DNA of 56,593 bases from Microgenomates group bacterium GW2011_GWC1_46_15 (GCA_001002285.1 LCLX01000001.1:258302-314894); one strand, 5' to 3'; shown: positions 18,067 to 27,270, numbered from the stretch's first letter. Numbers and translations: made by a program. Notes: generated from the letters alone by a model not told the origin.

Positions 18067-19904
18067 GATTAATAAAAATTTTCTACTTAATTATATTCAT
18101 CCTGTTGCTATATTTGTTTTCTTATAAAAAAGAAGTATTCGCTGGTTGGTCGTGTGCCAGTTCCGTACGTATCGATTATTTCTACTGTGATGGATCAAAA
18201 GACATTACGGGGGCCTGTTATCCTCCAACGTATCTATGGGAATCAGTGTTTGGATGTGACACTTCCGATCCAAGTTGTCCAACAATACTAGATATATGCA
18301 GTTCTAATGATTCTTGCTCCGGAAGTAGTTGTACGACCTGTTCAGAGTCTCCTTCCAATTGTTGGGTACAAACCTGTGACCCTGTCTGCAACTCTCCCCT
18401 CTGTGGCCAACCCGATGGATGTGGCAGCTCGTGTTCCAACGCCTCTGCCGGAACTGGCTGGACAGATACCGGTAATCGTACCTGTGGTGGAGGATGTGGC
18501 AATCAGAGCTGCTCAAAGGAACAGATAGACACATGTGGCAACTATCAATGGGTTGCCGACGGTTCAACATGCAACGAATGTTTGAATATAGGTGCATGGG
18601 GAGCGTGTTCCTCGGCTACGTTCCAACGCACCCGCACATGTTCGGACTCCTGTGGAGGATGTGGTGGGGTGAGTCAGGCAGAGAACTGTCTTGGCACTAT
18701 CTCCGGCACGTACTTTGACGCGACGGACTTCACGTGTCCGCAAATGGCCCTTGCCCCCAAGGTAAGCGGTGGCACTACGCAAATGGACTCCACACTCTAC
18801 GCTCCGCCTATCACGTATACGGCAACCACGAACTCGAATGGCGTGTACACGCAGTCGGTTCGCAGTCCAGAAACATATGCGCTTTCCGAAACCGTCCCCG
18901 CAGGAACAGGCTTTCTTGCGATACCTCGCTACATCTGTACCAGCAACATCGTGAGCTTTACCGGCCAGGGAGAAGCGGCTACTCGTGACTATGGATGGTG
19001 GAAGTCGGTGCCTGCCTGGTTCCAACTCATGGGCGGGAATATGGGCGCAGAAGCGAGTAGTGGGGTCGCCATCCAAACATACGTCCCGTCTTCCTGTGTC
19101 GGCTCCCCCTGTGCCCCCCGTGCCATCTTGGCCAAAGATACGGCGGGTACGACCGGTTCCTCAGGATGGGTGGCGGTTGGCCCCAGTGCCTCCATTGTAA
19201 CCACGACCGGCGCTTCCACGCTTGCCAATCTTAATGAAGAAGGCACGAACGTGTACGCGCAGTCTGCCCGTGCCGCCCGGCGTGAAAACTACGGGGAGTT
19301 CTACCGCCGCTTCTCGTTGGGCTTCGATCCAAGCACGCTCTCCAACACCCCGCTGGGCGGGGTTGGCGGTATCACGTTGGGCAACCTCGCTAAACCCGAT
19401 CCCATCGGCAGTCCGCCCGCCCGTGGGGCCTACTACGCCCCCGGCGACACCACGATTGCCAGTGCCTGGAGTGTGGCAAGCACCGAGAAGATCGTCATCT
19501 TTGTCAACGGCAACCTCACCATTGCGGCTCCCATCACCGTGGCCCAAGGTGGCTTTCTCGCGTTTATCACCACCAGCAACATCACGATTGACTCCAGTGT
19601 TGGTACCAGCGATACCACCTCGACCACTCCCCAGGTGGAAGGCGTATACATTGCCAATGGGACGTTCACGGTGGCAAGCAAGGGCGTCAAACAGGGAGAT
19701 CTCAAGTTTGTGGGGGCTGGCACGTTTGTGGGCTGGACCGGCGTGTCCTTGAACCGTGACTTCCGGTTGGGTGATGACACCACCGAAGGACTCAAAAACT
19801 TTGATGAGCCGGGCGAACTCTTTCTCGCCCGCCCCGACTTTGTTGTGAACCTGCCACGGAAGATGGCCCGCCCAGTCATCGACTGGCAGGAAGTGGCGCC
19901 GTAG
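18063..19904 (+). CDS. secreted cysteine-rich protein with Cna-B-like segment and long G/T/S/A-rich C-terminal region (putative adhesin)
   Basis: Signal peptide MRLIKIFYLIIFILLLYLFSYKKEVFA. I count 26 Cys in about 190 aa. ISGTYFDA...TATTNSNGVYTQSVRSPETYAL resembles SdrD-B/Cna-B repeats. ATGA overlap with the upstream gene. GC-rich DNA that generates many spurious overlapping ORFs. Confidence 0.75.
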   Translation: MRLIKIFYLIIFILLLYLFSYKKEVFAGWSCASSVRIDYFYCDGSKDITGACYPPTYLWESVFGCDTSDPSCPTILDICSSNDSCSGSSCTTCSESPSNCWVQTCDPVCNSPLCGQPDGCGSSCSNASAGTGWTDTGNRTCGGGCGNQSCSKEQIDTCGNYQWVADGSTCNECLNIGAWGACSSATFQRTRTCSDSCGGCGGVSQAENCLGTISGTYFDATDFTCPQMALAPKVSGGTTQMDSTLYAPPITYTATTNSNGVYTQSVRSPETYALSETVPAGTGFLAIPRYICTSNIVSFTGQGEAATRDYGWWKSVPAWFQLMGGNMGAEASSGVAIQTYVPSSCVGSPCAPRAILAKDTAGTTGSSGWVAVGPSASIVTTTGASTLANLNEEGTNVYAQSARAARRENYGEFYRRFSLGFDPSTLSNTPLGGVGGITLGNLAKPDPIGSPPARGAYYAPGDTTIASAWSVASTEKIVIFVNGNLTIAAPITVAQGGFLAFITTSNITIDSSVGTSDTTSTTPQVEGVYIANGTFTVASKGVKQGDLKFVGAGTFVGWTGVSLNRDFRLGDDTTEGLKNFDEPGELFLARPDFVVNLPRKMARPVIDWQEVAP

Positions 19905-20096
19905 CGTTTCTCAAGCATACGAGCTTTTCTGTATATATCAACGTATTTTTCTTCTTTACAACACCACCGCACTTTGCTTAAATGAGGCTCTCTCCGTTTG
20001 CCGCACGTTTGCGATTTTCCGCAGGCCAAGCGCCCACTTCAGCAAACACATTTCTTATTCATCACTATTGCCCACCAATGGGCGAAAGGAGTGTGT

Positions 20097-20675
20097 ATGC
20101 ACCAACAAAGTACTATCCCATCCTCTCAAGGATTTACAGAAAAACAATTGGAACAACTGGAACATTTTTATAACAAAGCATTCGACGCGAAATTTCCGGC
20201 GGCTTTCGAAAAAGCGTTTACACCTGCCTTTGATAAAGCATTTACCCCCGCCTTCGACAAAGCCACCCACACGCCCGAGTTTGGAAAACGAATATATACC
20301 ATCGTGAGCGACGCTATTGTTGACGCAATGGATTCAGTATATTTGCCGGGAATTCAACGGATGATCAACGAATCATCTGAAAAAATCTGTGCACGGATAC
20401 ACACCATGGATGAAAGAATGGGCATATTGGTAAGACGTATCGAAGGAGTTGAGCACATTATGGACAATCATGAAAAAAGACTTGAAGGCGTAGAGCGTAC
20501 GCTTAAAAGTGTTGATGATAGATTAGACTACTTAACCGTTCGTGTGAATGAAATCCAAGAAGTTCTTCCTAAAAAGGAAAAATTTGCATGGAAAATCCCG
20601 TCAGCATTTCAGGTAGCCGAGCGTCGATGGGGATACAACACTTCTCTGGATGAAGAAAAGAAGGAAATGAAATGA
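20097..20675 (+). CDS. coiled-coil protein, paralogue of 30460..30870
   Basis: ATG 20097 lies 5 nt after AAAGGAG. N-terminal TEKQLEQL...NKAF, AFTPAFDK repeats, TPEF motif, then coiled coil (VEHIMDNHEKRLEGVERTLKSVDDRLDYL). Confidence 0.6.
   Translation: MHQQSTIPSSQGFTEKQLEQLEHFYNKAFDAKFPAAFEKAFTPAFDKAFTPAFDKATHTPEFGKRIYTIVSDAIVDAMDSVYLPGIQRMINESSEKICARIHTMDERMGILVRRIEGVEHIMDNHEKRLEGVERTLKSVDDRLDYLTVRVNEIQEVLPKKEKFAWKIPSAFQVAERRWGYNTSLDEEKKEMK
20214..20261 (+). repeat. in-frame 24-nt tandem duplication (AFTPAFDK x2)
   Basis: gcgtttacacctgcctttgataaa / gcatttacccccgccttcgacaaa. Confidence 0.6.
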
Positions 20676-20721
20676 TTTGTGTTTCAGTAAAGAAAAGATT
20701 ATACCTAAGGAGGTAAAATGT

Positions 20722-21561
20722 ATGGAAGAAACAATGAAACTCGCAATTTTCCAAGGCAAGGGAATCCGGAAAACACTGCACAATAATGAGTGGTGGTTTT
20801 CGGTGGTGGATGTTATTGAGGCTTTGACGGATAGCAGTAAGCCAAGAGTGTATTGGAATGCAATGAAAACTAGAGTTAAAGCGAGTGATGGAATTGAGTT
20901 GTCTACAATTTGTAGACAACTAAAATTATCAGCATCAGATGGAAAGCTATATGAAACCGACTGTGCAAACACCGAAAGTGTTTTTCGTATTATTCAATCC
21001 ATCCCCTCCCCCAAAGCAGAACCGTTTAAACGCTGGTTGGCAAAGGTGGGCTATGAACGCGTACAGGAAATTGAAGATCCGGAACTTGCTACCAAGCGAA
21101 CCCGCGCACTGTATAAAGCAAAAGGATACACCGATGACTGGATAGAAAAACGGATACGCGGGATTGCCATCCGCGGAGAGCTTACGGAAGAATGGAAGAA
21201 AAGAAACGTGGGAGCGGAAAAAGAGTATGCCATTCTCACCTCAGAAATCTCGAAAGCAACATTTGGCATGACACCAAGCCAGTATAAAAAGTTTAAAGGA
21301 CTACGCAGGGAAAACCTACGTGACCATATGGATGATTTAGAGCTGATTTTCTCTATGTTGGGAGAAGCATCAACTACAGCAATTGCAAAAGGTAAAGATG
21401 CTCAAGGATTTGAGCAAAATCAGACTGCGGCACACCAAGGAGGATCAATTGCTGGTCATGCAAGAAAAGAACTTGAGGTAAAAAGTGGGAAAAAAGTATC
21501 AACGAAAAAAAACTATCTTTTTACACCGCAAAGCCAACAAAAAAAACTAGCAGGAAAATGA
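20722..21561 (+). CDS. Bro-N domain protein (phage antirepressor/DinD-like family)
   Basis: IRKTLHNNEWWFSVVDVIEALTDS...PRVYW...IQSIPSPKAEPFKRWLAKVGYERVQEIEDPE is the Bro-N pattern. AAGGAGGT lies 8 nt upstream of ATG 20722. Confidence 0.8.
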   Translation: MEETMKLAIFQGKGIRKTLHNNEWWFSVVDVIEALTDSSKPRVYWNAMKTRVKASDGIELSTICRQLKLSASDGKLYETDCANTESVFRIIQSIPSPKAEPFKRWLAKVGYERVQEIEDPELATKRTRALYKAKGYTDDWIEKRIRGIAIRGELTEEWKKRNVGAEKEYAILTSEISKATFGMTPSQYKKFKGLRRENLRDHMDDLELIFSMLGEASTTAIAKGKDAQGFEQNQTAAHQGGSIAGHARKELEVKSGKKVSTKKNYLFTPQSQQKKLAGK

Positions 21562-21583
21562 TGCCAAAACTATCTATTTTTGC

Positions 21584-21612
21584 TTGATTTTACCCCCTCC
21601 TCGATGTAGCAT
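21584..21612 (+). promoter_or_regulatory. candidate promoter of the sugar-phosphate/glycolysis block
   Basis: TTGATT (21584-21589), 17-nt spacer, TAGCAT (21607-21612). About 50-nt leader to the SD-led ATG 21671. Confidence 0.4.
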
Positions 21613-21670
21613 GGAGTCCTGCTTCACTTATGCGTATTTCTTCCACATATACGCAATACAAAGGAGGGAT

Positions 21671-23026
21671 ATGACCGTTCATCCTGGTATTTTTAAGTCG
21701 TATGATATCCGCGGCGTATATGGCAAAGAAATTTTTGATGAAACAGGCGCTGCAGTTGGCAAGGCGTTTGCAAAAGTACTCCAACCAATGACCGTTGTTG
21801 TGGGACGGGATGCGCGCGTGTCCAGCCCCGCTTTACACGATGCCCTCATCCAAGGCCTCACGTCAGTCGGGGTGAACATTGTTGATGTTGGCATGGTGTC
21901 AACCGATATGTATTATTTTGCCTGCGCGATAAAAAAACTCCCCGGTATTATGATCACGGCGAGCCATAGTCCCAAGGAATACAATGGATTCAAAATGGTT
22001 CGCCAAATTCCATACCTCCTTTCCGGCGACGAAGGTATTGGCGATATTAAAAAAGTGATTGAGAGTGATGCCTCCCCCCCCACTGCAAAAACTCCAGGGA
22101 AAGTGGAAACATGGCAAGTGATGCCCGAGTTTATCCAAAAAATGCTTTCACTTGTTGACACCGCAAAACTCAAACCAATGAAAATTCTCTGCGACACCGC
22201 AAACGGCATGGTGGGACCAACACTTACAGAGCTACTCAAACATATCCCGCAAATACAAATGATCCCTATGTACTTTGAGCCAGACGGCACATTCCCCAAT
22301 CACGCCGGCGATCCGTTGATGGCAGAGAATAGGAAAGAACTGCAGGAGCGCGTGCCAAAAGAACATGCCGATCTTGGGTTTGCGTTTGACCCGGATGGCG
22401 ATCGGTTTTTCTGTATTGATAAAACCGGCCGGTTTGTTTCTAGTGATTTTTTGACGGCACTGCTCGCACAATACTTCCTTAAAAAGCACGCAGGATCTGC
22501 AATTATTTATGATATCCGCGCCTCACACGCTGTTCCTGACCTCATTAAAAAAGCGGGTGGCAAGCCGCTTTACGAACGTGTTGGCCATGCATACATTAAA
22601 AAACGCATGAAAGATGAGAATGCAGTATTTGGCGGTGAAGTAACCGGACATTACTATTTTACCGATTTTTTCTACTGTGACTCCGGCATCGCTCCAATGC
22701 TTTTTCTGATGGACTTGCTTTCGGGTTCTACCCAAACACTCGACCAAATGCTTGACGAGCTGGAAAAAACATACTTTATTTCCGGTGAGATAAATACAAA
22801 AGGTGTTGATGCAAAAGCCGTGTTCGAACGGATAGAGAAAACATATGCACCACAGGCAAAAAAAATTATTCGGATTGATGGCATCACGATGGAAATGGAC
22901 GATTGGCACTTTAACGTGCGCGCGTCAAACACGGAACCTTTGGTGCGATTAAATCTTGAAGCAACTTCTGCAAAGCTGATGGAAAACAAACGCGACGAAG
23001 TACTTGCGGTTATTCGGCAAAAATAG
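21671..23026 (+). CDS. phosphomannomutase/phosphoglucomutase
   Basis: Active-site loop ITASHSPKEYNGFK, Mg site GFAFDPDGDR, GEVTGHYYF sugar-binding loop. AAGGAGGG SD before ATG 21671. Confidence 0.93.
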   Translation: MTVHPGIFKSYDIRGVYGKEIFDETGAAVGKAFAKVLQPMTVVVGRDARVSSPALHDALIQGLTSVGVNIVDVGMVSTDMYYFACAIKKLPGIMITASHSPKEYNGFKMVRQIPYLLSGDEGIGDIKKVIESDASPPTAKTPGKVETWQVMPEFIQKMLSLVDTAKLKPMKILCDTANGMVGPTLTELLKHIPQIQMIPMYFEPDGTFPNHAGDPLMAENRKELQERVPKEHADLGFAFDPDGDRFFCIDKTGRFVSSDFLTALLAQYFLKKHAGSAIIYDIRASHAVPDLIKKAGGKPLYERVGHAYIKKRMKDENAVFGGEVTGHYYFTDFFYCDSGIAPMLFLMDLLSGSTQTLDQMLDELEKTYFISGEINTKGVDAKAVFERIEKTYAPQAKKIIRIDGITMEMDDWHFNVRASNTEPLVRLNLEATSAKLMENKRDEVLAVIRQK

Positions 23027-23041
23027 AAAGGAAAGCATAGT

Positions 23042-24124
23042 ATGGCAAAACAATCAATCTTGGACTCCCGTGATGAAATAAAGAAACTTGATATGAGTAA
23101 CGTACTTGGTTCTGTTGAAAAACTTCCTGATCAAATTGAAGATGCGTGGGGCGCAACAAAACAGATTCAAGTTCCCCCCTCATACAAAGAAGTGAAGCAG
23201 ATTGTTGTAAGTGGCATGGGTGGTTCAGCACTTGGTGCCAAAGTGATTAAAACGCTGTACAAATCGTCATTAAAAGTTCCTTTTGAAGTTGTCAATCATT
23301 ATGAACTTCCCACATATGTAGGGAGCGATACACTCGTCGTGTTGTCCAGTTATTCCGGAACAACGGAAGAAACATTGGCCTCTGCGGAAGACGCAAAAAA
23401 GCGTGGCGCAAAGTTGGCGGTGATTTGTGCAGGAGGAAAACTTGCGGAGTTTGCGAAAAAAGAGGAATGTCCCGCATACATTATTGATCCAAAATATAAT
23501 CCGTCGAATCAACCAAGAATGGCAATCGGATACTCCGTATTTGGCCAGCTTGGTTTGTTTCACGCGATGGGGTTGATTGAATTGGGCGACGATGATGTGG
23601 CAAAAGTAGTTGCCTTGCTTCGCACAAATGCAAAAAACTTGGTGCCGGAATCGGTTGACCACAACACCGCGAAGTTTTTGGCGTATGCCGCAGTAGATAA
23701 AATGCTTGTACTCATTTCCGCGGAACATTTGGAAGGGGCAGCGCACGCGTTTAACAATCAGCTCAATGAAAACGCGAAAAACTTAACCGCGGAAGCGCTT
23801 ATCCCAGAACTCAACCATCACTACTTGGAAAGCCTTTCTTCTCCAATACACATGAAAGACGGTGTGTTGTTTTTCTTCATTGATTCAGGTTTGTATCACC
23901 CCCGGGTGCAAGCACGGTTCCCGATCACGCTTGATGTTGTAGAGAAAAACGGGTTTCATGGAGAAATGATCCGCGCGGTGGCAAAAACAAAACTCGAGCA
24001 AGTATGGGAGATCATTCAGCTCGGCGCATACACCAATTTTTACTTGGCTATGCTAAATGGTATTAATCCCGCTCCAATTCCATGGGTTGATTATTTTAAA
24101 GAGCAGTTAGCCAAGGTAAAGTAA
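23042..24124 (+). CDS. bifunctional phosphoglucose/phosphomannose isomerase (SIS domain)
   Basis: VVSGMGGSALGAKV and VVLSSYSGTTEETL SIS motifs. C-terminal PELNHHYLES region typical of PGI/PMI. Confidence 0.82.
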   Translation: MAKQSILDSRDEIKKLDMSNVLGSVEKLPDQIEDAWGATKQIQVPPSYKEVKQIVVSGMGGSALGAKVIKTLYKSSLKVPFEVVNHYELPTYVGSDTLVVLSSYSGTTEETLASAEDAKKRGAKLAVICAGGKLAEFAKKEECPAYIIDPKYNPSNQPRMAIGYSVFGQLGLFHAMGLIELGDDDVAKVVALLRTNAKNLVPESVDHNTAKFLAYAAVDKMLVLISAEHLEGAAHAFNNQLNENAKNLTAEALIPELNHHYLESLSSPIHMKDGVLFFFIDSGLYHPRVQARFPITLDVVEKNGFHGEMIRAVAKTKLEQVWEIIQLGAYTNFYLAMLNGINPAPIPWVDYFKEQLAKVK

Positions 24125-24147
24125 TATTTGCATACCGCGCGAGACAT

Positions 24148-24894
24148 ATGAAATACAAAGCACTTTTGCTTGATCTTGACGGGACAACCGTTCCCATGGG
24201 GTTTGGTCAACACACGCCAACAAAAGCGGTAAAAAATGCGATTATTGGTCTCCGTGGCAAAGTCCACGTATGTATTGCGACGGGGCGCGCGATGGATGGC
24301 ACACTTCCCGTTCTTCAATCGTTAGGTATTTCTGATCCGTGTATTTTGTGTGGCGGGGCTGTGATCTACAATCCAGCACAAGCTAAAACGATTGAAAAAT
24401 TTACGATCCCGGATAAACATCTCGAAAAGATTTTCAGTATTCTTGGGAAAAAATTGAACAAGGCATATGTCCAAACGCAGGAACAGGAAGTCCGGTATGA
24501 TTCAACGCACCAGTATCACGATGTTACAAATATTTTTATCCAGGATATGTTTGAAAAGATTCAACACACCTACCTCACACCGCTGCGGAAAATCCGCGGC
24601 CTTTCACTTCAGGTGATGACAAAAACATTCAACGGGAATCCTGTTCTACAAATCTCCCATCATTCCGCGACAAAACAGCAGGCAATCAATCACCTCATCA
24701 CTTGGCTAAAAGTAAAGCCTGATCAAATTGTCGCGGTTGGCGACGGTGAAAACGACCTTCCAATGATTATTGCCGCTGGTATGGGTGTTGCGATGGGAAA
24801 TGCTGCCGATGGTCTCAAGTCCGTTGCCGACTACATTGCTCCTTCGGTTGATGAGGATGGCGTCGCGCACGTCATTGAAAAGTTTTTCTCTTGA
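24148..24894 (+). CDS. Cof-type HAD-IIB phosphatase
   Basis: LLLDLDGTTV (motif I) and AVGDGENDLPMIIAAGMGVAMGNA (motif IV). Confidence 0.9.
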   Translation: MKYKALLLDLDGTTVPMGFGQHTPTKAVKNAIIGLRGKVHVCIATGRAMDGTLPVLQSLGISDPCILCGGAVIYNPAQAKTIEKFTIPDKHLEKIFSILGKKLNKAYVQTQEQEVRYDSTHQYHDVTNIFIQDMFEKIQHTYLTPLRKIRGLSLQVMTKTFNGNPVLQISHHSATKQQAINHLITWLKVKPDQIVAVGDGENDLPMIIAAGMGVAMGNAADGLKSVADYIAPSVDEDGVAHVIEKFFS

Positions 24895-24909
24895 AGATAT
24901 GATGGGTGT

Positions 24910-27234
24910 ATGCCCAAAACTGCCCCTTTTGTCGTATGGTTTAAGGATGTTGATAAAGATTCCGGAAGTCTTGTTGGAGGGAAAGGTGCAAACCTCGGCG
25001 AGATGGTGTCCGCAAAGTTCCCCGTTCCCGATGGATTTATCGTAACTTCCCCCGCGTACTTTGCCATGCTCGATCATAATAAACTGCGGGACAGGATCCG
25101 TGCGTACTTAAAAGGGGTTGATGTATCCGACCCCGTCGCGTTAAACTCTGCGTCAAAAAACATTAAAAAGCTGATTAGCCGCGCGGAAGTTCCGGATGAT
25201 ATGGCCCGCCAAATTATTGCGGCGTACCAAAAACTTGGAGAAGGAGCGCCGGTTGCTGTGCGGTCCAGTGCCACTGCTGAAGATTTACCTGGAGCTTCGT
25301 TTGCCGGCCAGCAGGCAACATTTTTGAACATTGCGGGCGATGCGAATGTCGTGAACGCGGTCCGTGATGCCTGGGCATCGTTGTTTGAAGCGCGTGCCAT
25401 TTTCTACCGCGTACAAAAAGGATTTGACCACTTCAAGATTGGACTGGCAGTTCCTGTTCAGCGCATGGTGCAGTCAGAAGTCAGTGGTGTGATGTTCTCG
25501 ATTAACCCCGTGAACAATGACAAGCGTATTATCGTGATTGAGGCGGTGTGGGGACTTGGCGAAAACATTGTGCAGGGGTCAGTGACGCCAGATCACTACG
25601 AAGTGGACAAGCAAACATGGAAAATCGTGCATAAAGAGACGGTCCCGCAACTCATCGAGATGGTGCGCAAAGAAGGTGGGACAAAAAACTATCCCATGCC
25701 AAAATCCCGCCAGAACAAAATCAAGGTAAACGATGCGCAGATTCTTGAGTTGGCACACCTTTCTCAACGGCTTCAACAGCACTACTTTTTCCCGCAGGAT
25801 AGCGAGTGGGCGCTGGAGAACGGCAAACTGTACCTCGTACAAACGCGCCCAATCACCACGATTGAAACAGTTGATAAAAACCGTGCTGATTCCGGCGGTG
25901 CGGACAAAGAAATCAAATCTGCAACCGCTTCAATGAAAGTGCTAACGAAAGGCGATCCCGCTTCTCCCGGTCTTGTGTCCGGTATTGTTCGGCACATTTT
26001 ATCGCCAAAAGAAATCCACAAACTCAAAACTGGCGAAGTGATGGTGACGAGCATGACAACGCCGGACTTTGTTCCTGCTATGAAAAAAGCAGCAGCGCTC
26101 GTGACAGACAAAGGTGGGCAGACCTCGCACGCCGCAATTGTTTCACGCGAACTTGGGCTTGCGTGTGTTGTTGGAACAGGAAATGCAACAAAAGTATTAA
26201 AAGAAGGAAAACTTGTTACGGTGAACGGGAAAACCGGTGAAGTGTTTGAGGGTGGACTGTCCGCGCGTGTACTCAACAGCATTGATCTTGCGAAAAAAGC
26301 TGGATCTGCTCAGCAAAATCCACATGCACAGCAAAAAACCGCGACAAAAGTATACGTGAATCTTGCTGAGCCGGAACTTGCGCAAGATTTGTCACGGCGG
26401 AATGTTGATGGCATTGGTTTGCTCCGTGCGGAGTTCATGATCGCGCAAATTGGTGTGCATCCAAAAAAATTAATTCACGATAAACATGCGGAAGTATTTG
26501 TGCACAAACTTGCGGAAGGAATGGCAAAGTTTTGCGAAGCGTTCAATCCCCGGCCGGTGGTGTATCGCGCCACAGACTTTAAAACAAACGAGTACCGCAA
26601 CTTGGTTGGCGGTAAGGACTATGAACCGCAGGAAGAAAATCCAATGCTCGGATACCGCGGCGCTTTCCGGTATATCAGCGATGAAGCGGTGTTCAAGTTG
26701 GAGCTGGAAGCGATCAAAAAAGTCCGCGAAAAAATGGGACTCAAAAATCTTTGGCTTATGATTCCATTTGTGCGGACGGTTAAGGAAATGGAACAAGTCA
26801 AAACAATGGTCAACGCGCACGGGTTGTACCGTGGCGCTTCATTTAAACTCTGGATGATGGTCGAAATTCCCAGCAACGTTGTCCTCCTTGATGATTTCAT
26901 TAAGGTTGGAATAGATGGTATTTCTATTGGAACGAATGATCTCACCATGCTCATGCTCGGCACCGACCGCGATAACGAGCACGTTGCGAGTGTGTATGAC
27001 GAACGTAACCCCGCCGTGCTATGGGCGCTTGAAAAAGTTTGTACAACCGCGCGGAAACACGGCATCACCGCTTCTGTGTGCGGCCAGGCTCCATCAAAGT
27101 ATCCCGATATTACTGAAAAATTAGTTGAGTGGGGCGCGACATCGGTGTCAGTGTCGCCGGATATGATCGACCGCACGCGCGAAGTCATTTACCAGGTTGA
27201 AAAAAAGATTGTTTCAAAAAAACACGATAAATAG
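24910..27234 (+). CDS. ppsA: phosphoenolpyruvate synthase (pyruvate, water dikinase)
   Basis: GGKGANLGEM nucleotide-binding N-domain, phospho-His swivel TDKGGQTSHAAIVSRELGLACVVG, and PEP-utilising barrel GIGLLRAEFM / ISIGTNDLTM. Confidence 0.95.
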   Translation: MPKTAPFVVWFKDVDKDSGSLVGGKGANLGEMVSAKFPVPDGFIVTSPAYFAMLDHNKLRDRIRAYLKGVDVSDPVALNSASKNIKKLISRAEVPDDMARQIIAAYQKLGEGAPVAVRSSATAEDLPGASFAGQQATFLNIAGDANVVNAVRDAWASLFEARAIFYRVQKGFDHFKIGLAVPVQRMVQSEVSGVMFSINPVNNDKRIIVIEAVWGLGENIVQGSVTPDHYEVDKQTWKIVHKETVPQLIEMVRKEGGTKNYPMPKSRQNKIKVNDAQILELAHLSQRLQQHYFFPQDSEWALENGKLYLVQTRPITTIETVDKNRADSGGADKEIKSATASMKVLTKGDPASPGLVSGIVRHILSPKEIHKLKTGEVMVTSMTTPDFVPAMKKAAALVTDKGGQTSHAAIVSRELGLACVVGTGNATKVLKEGKLVTVNGKTGEVFEGGLSARVLNSIDLAKKAGSAQQNPHAQQKTATKVYVNLAEPELAQDLSRRNVDGIGLLRAEFMIAQIGVHPKKLIHDKHAEVFVHKLAEGMAKFCEAFNPRPVVYRATDFKTNEYRNLVGGKDYEPQEENPMLGYRGAFRYISDEAVFKLELEAIKKVREKMGLKNLWLMIPFVRTVKEMEQVKTMVNAHGLYRGASFKLWMMVEIPSNVVLLDDFIKVGIDGISIGTNDLTMLMLGTDRDNEHVASVYDERNPAVLWALEKVCTTARKHGITASVCGQAPSKYPDITEKLVEWGATSVSVSPDMIDRTREVIYQVEKKIVSKKHDK

Positions 27235-27270
27235 GGCAAAATAGCGCAAAGAGGACGATGCAATAATACT

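Noticed and set aside
18063-19904. Possible diversity-generating retroelement target (CPR genomes often have DGRs, and this is a variable-looking surface protein).
   Set aside because: I found no reverse-transcriptase motif (YxDD) in any frame-track protein. I also saw no second near-identical ~100-nt template repeat elsewhere in the window. This cannot be excluded for the rest of the genome.
19929-19944. CTGTATATATCAACGT resembles the left half of an E. coli-type SOS box (CTGT-N8-ACAG).
   Set aside because: The right half (ACGT) does not complete the palindrome. The lexA promoter in this window carries a different inverted repeat. The string is retained only as a motif shared with 30408-30420.
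18218-20029. Many long ORFs on both strands overlapping the Cys-rich gene (for example 18564..19076 minus, 19222..19752 plus, 19433..20029 minus, 19161..19547 minus).
   Set aside because: They lie in the most GC-rich DNA of the window, where stop codons are rare in all frames. Their products are Arg/Pro/Gly-rich low-complexity strings, and none has an SD or promoter-like start context. The 18063..19904 frame, by contrast, has a signal peptide and coherent domain structure.
25782-27188. Antisense ORFs of 166 and 189 aa inside ppsA. Similar ones occur inside uvrA (36275..36817), the Nramp gene (11613..12101), the PPIase/GT-C junction (46167..46685) and the first gene (73..585).
   Set aside because: Each is fully embedded antisense in a gene with strong family motifs. 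They show no recognisable motifs or initiation signals and are typical shadow ORFs.
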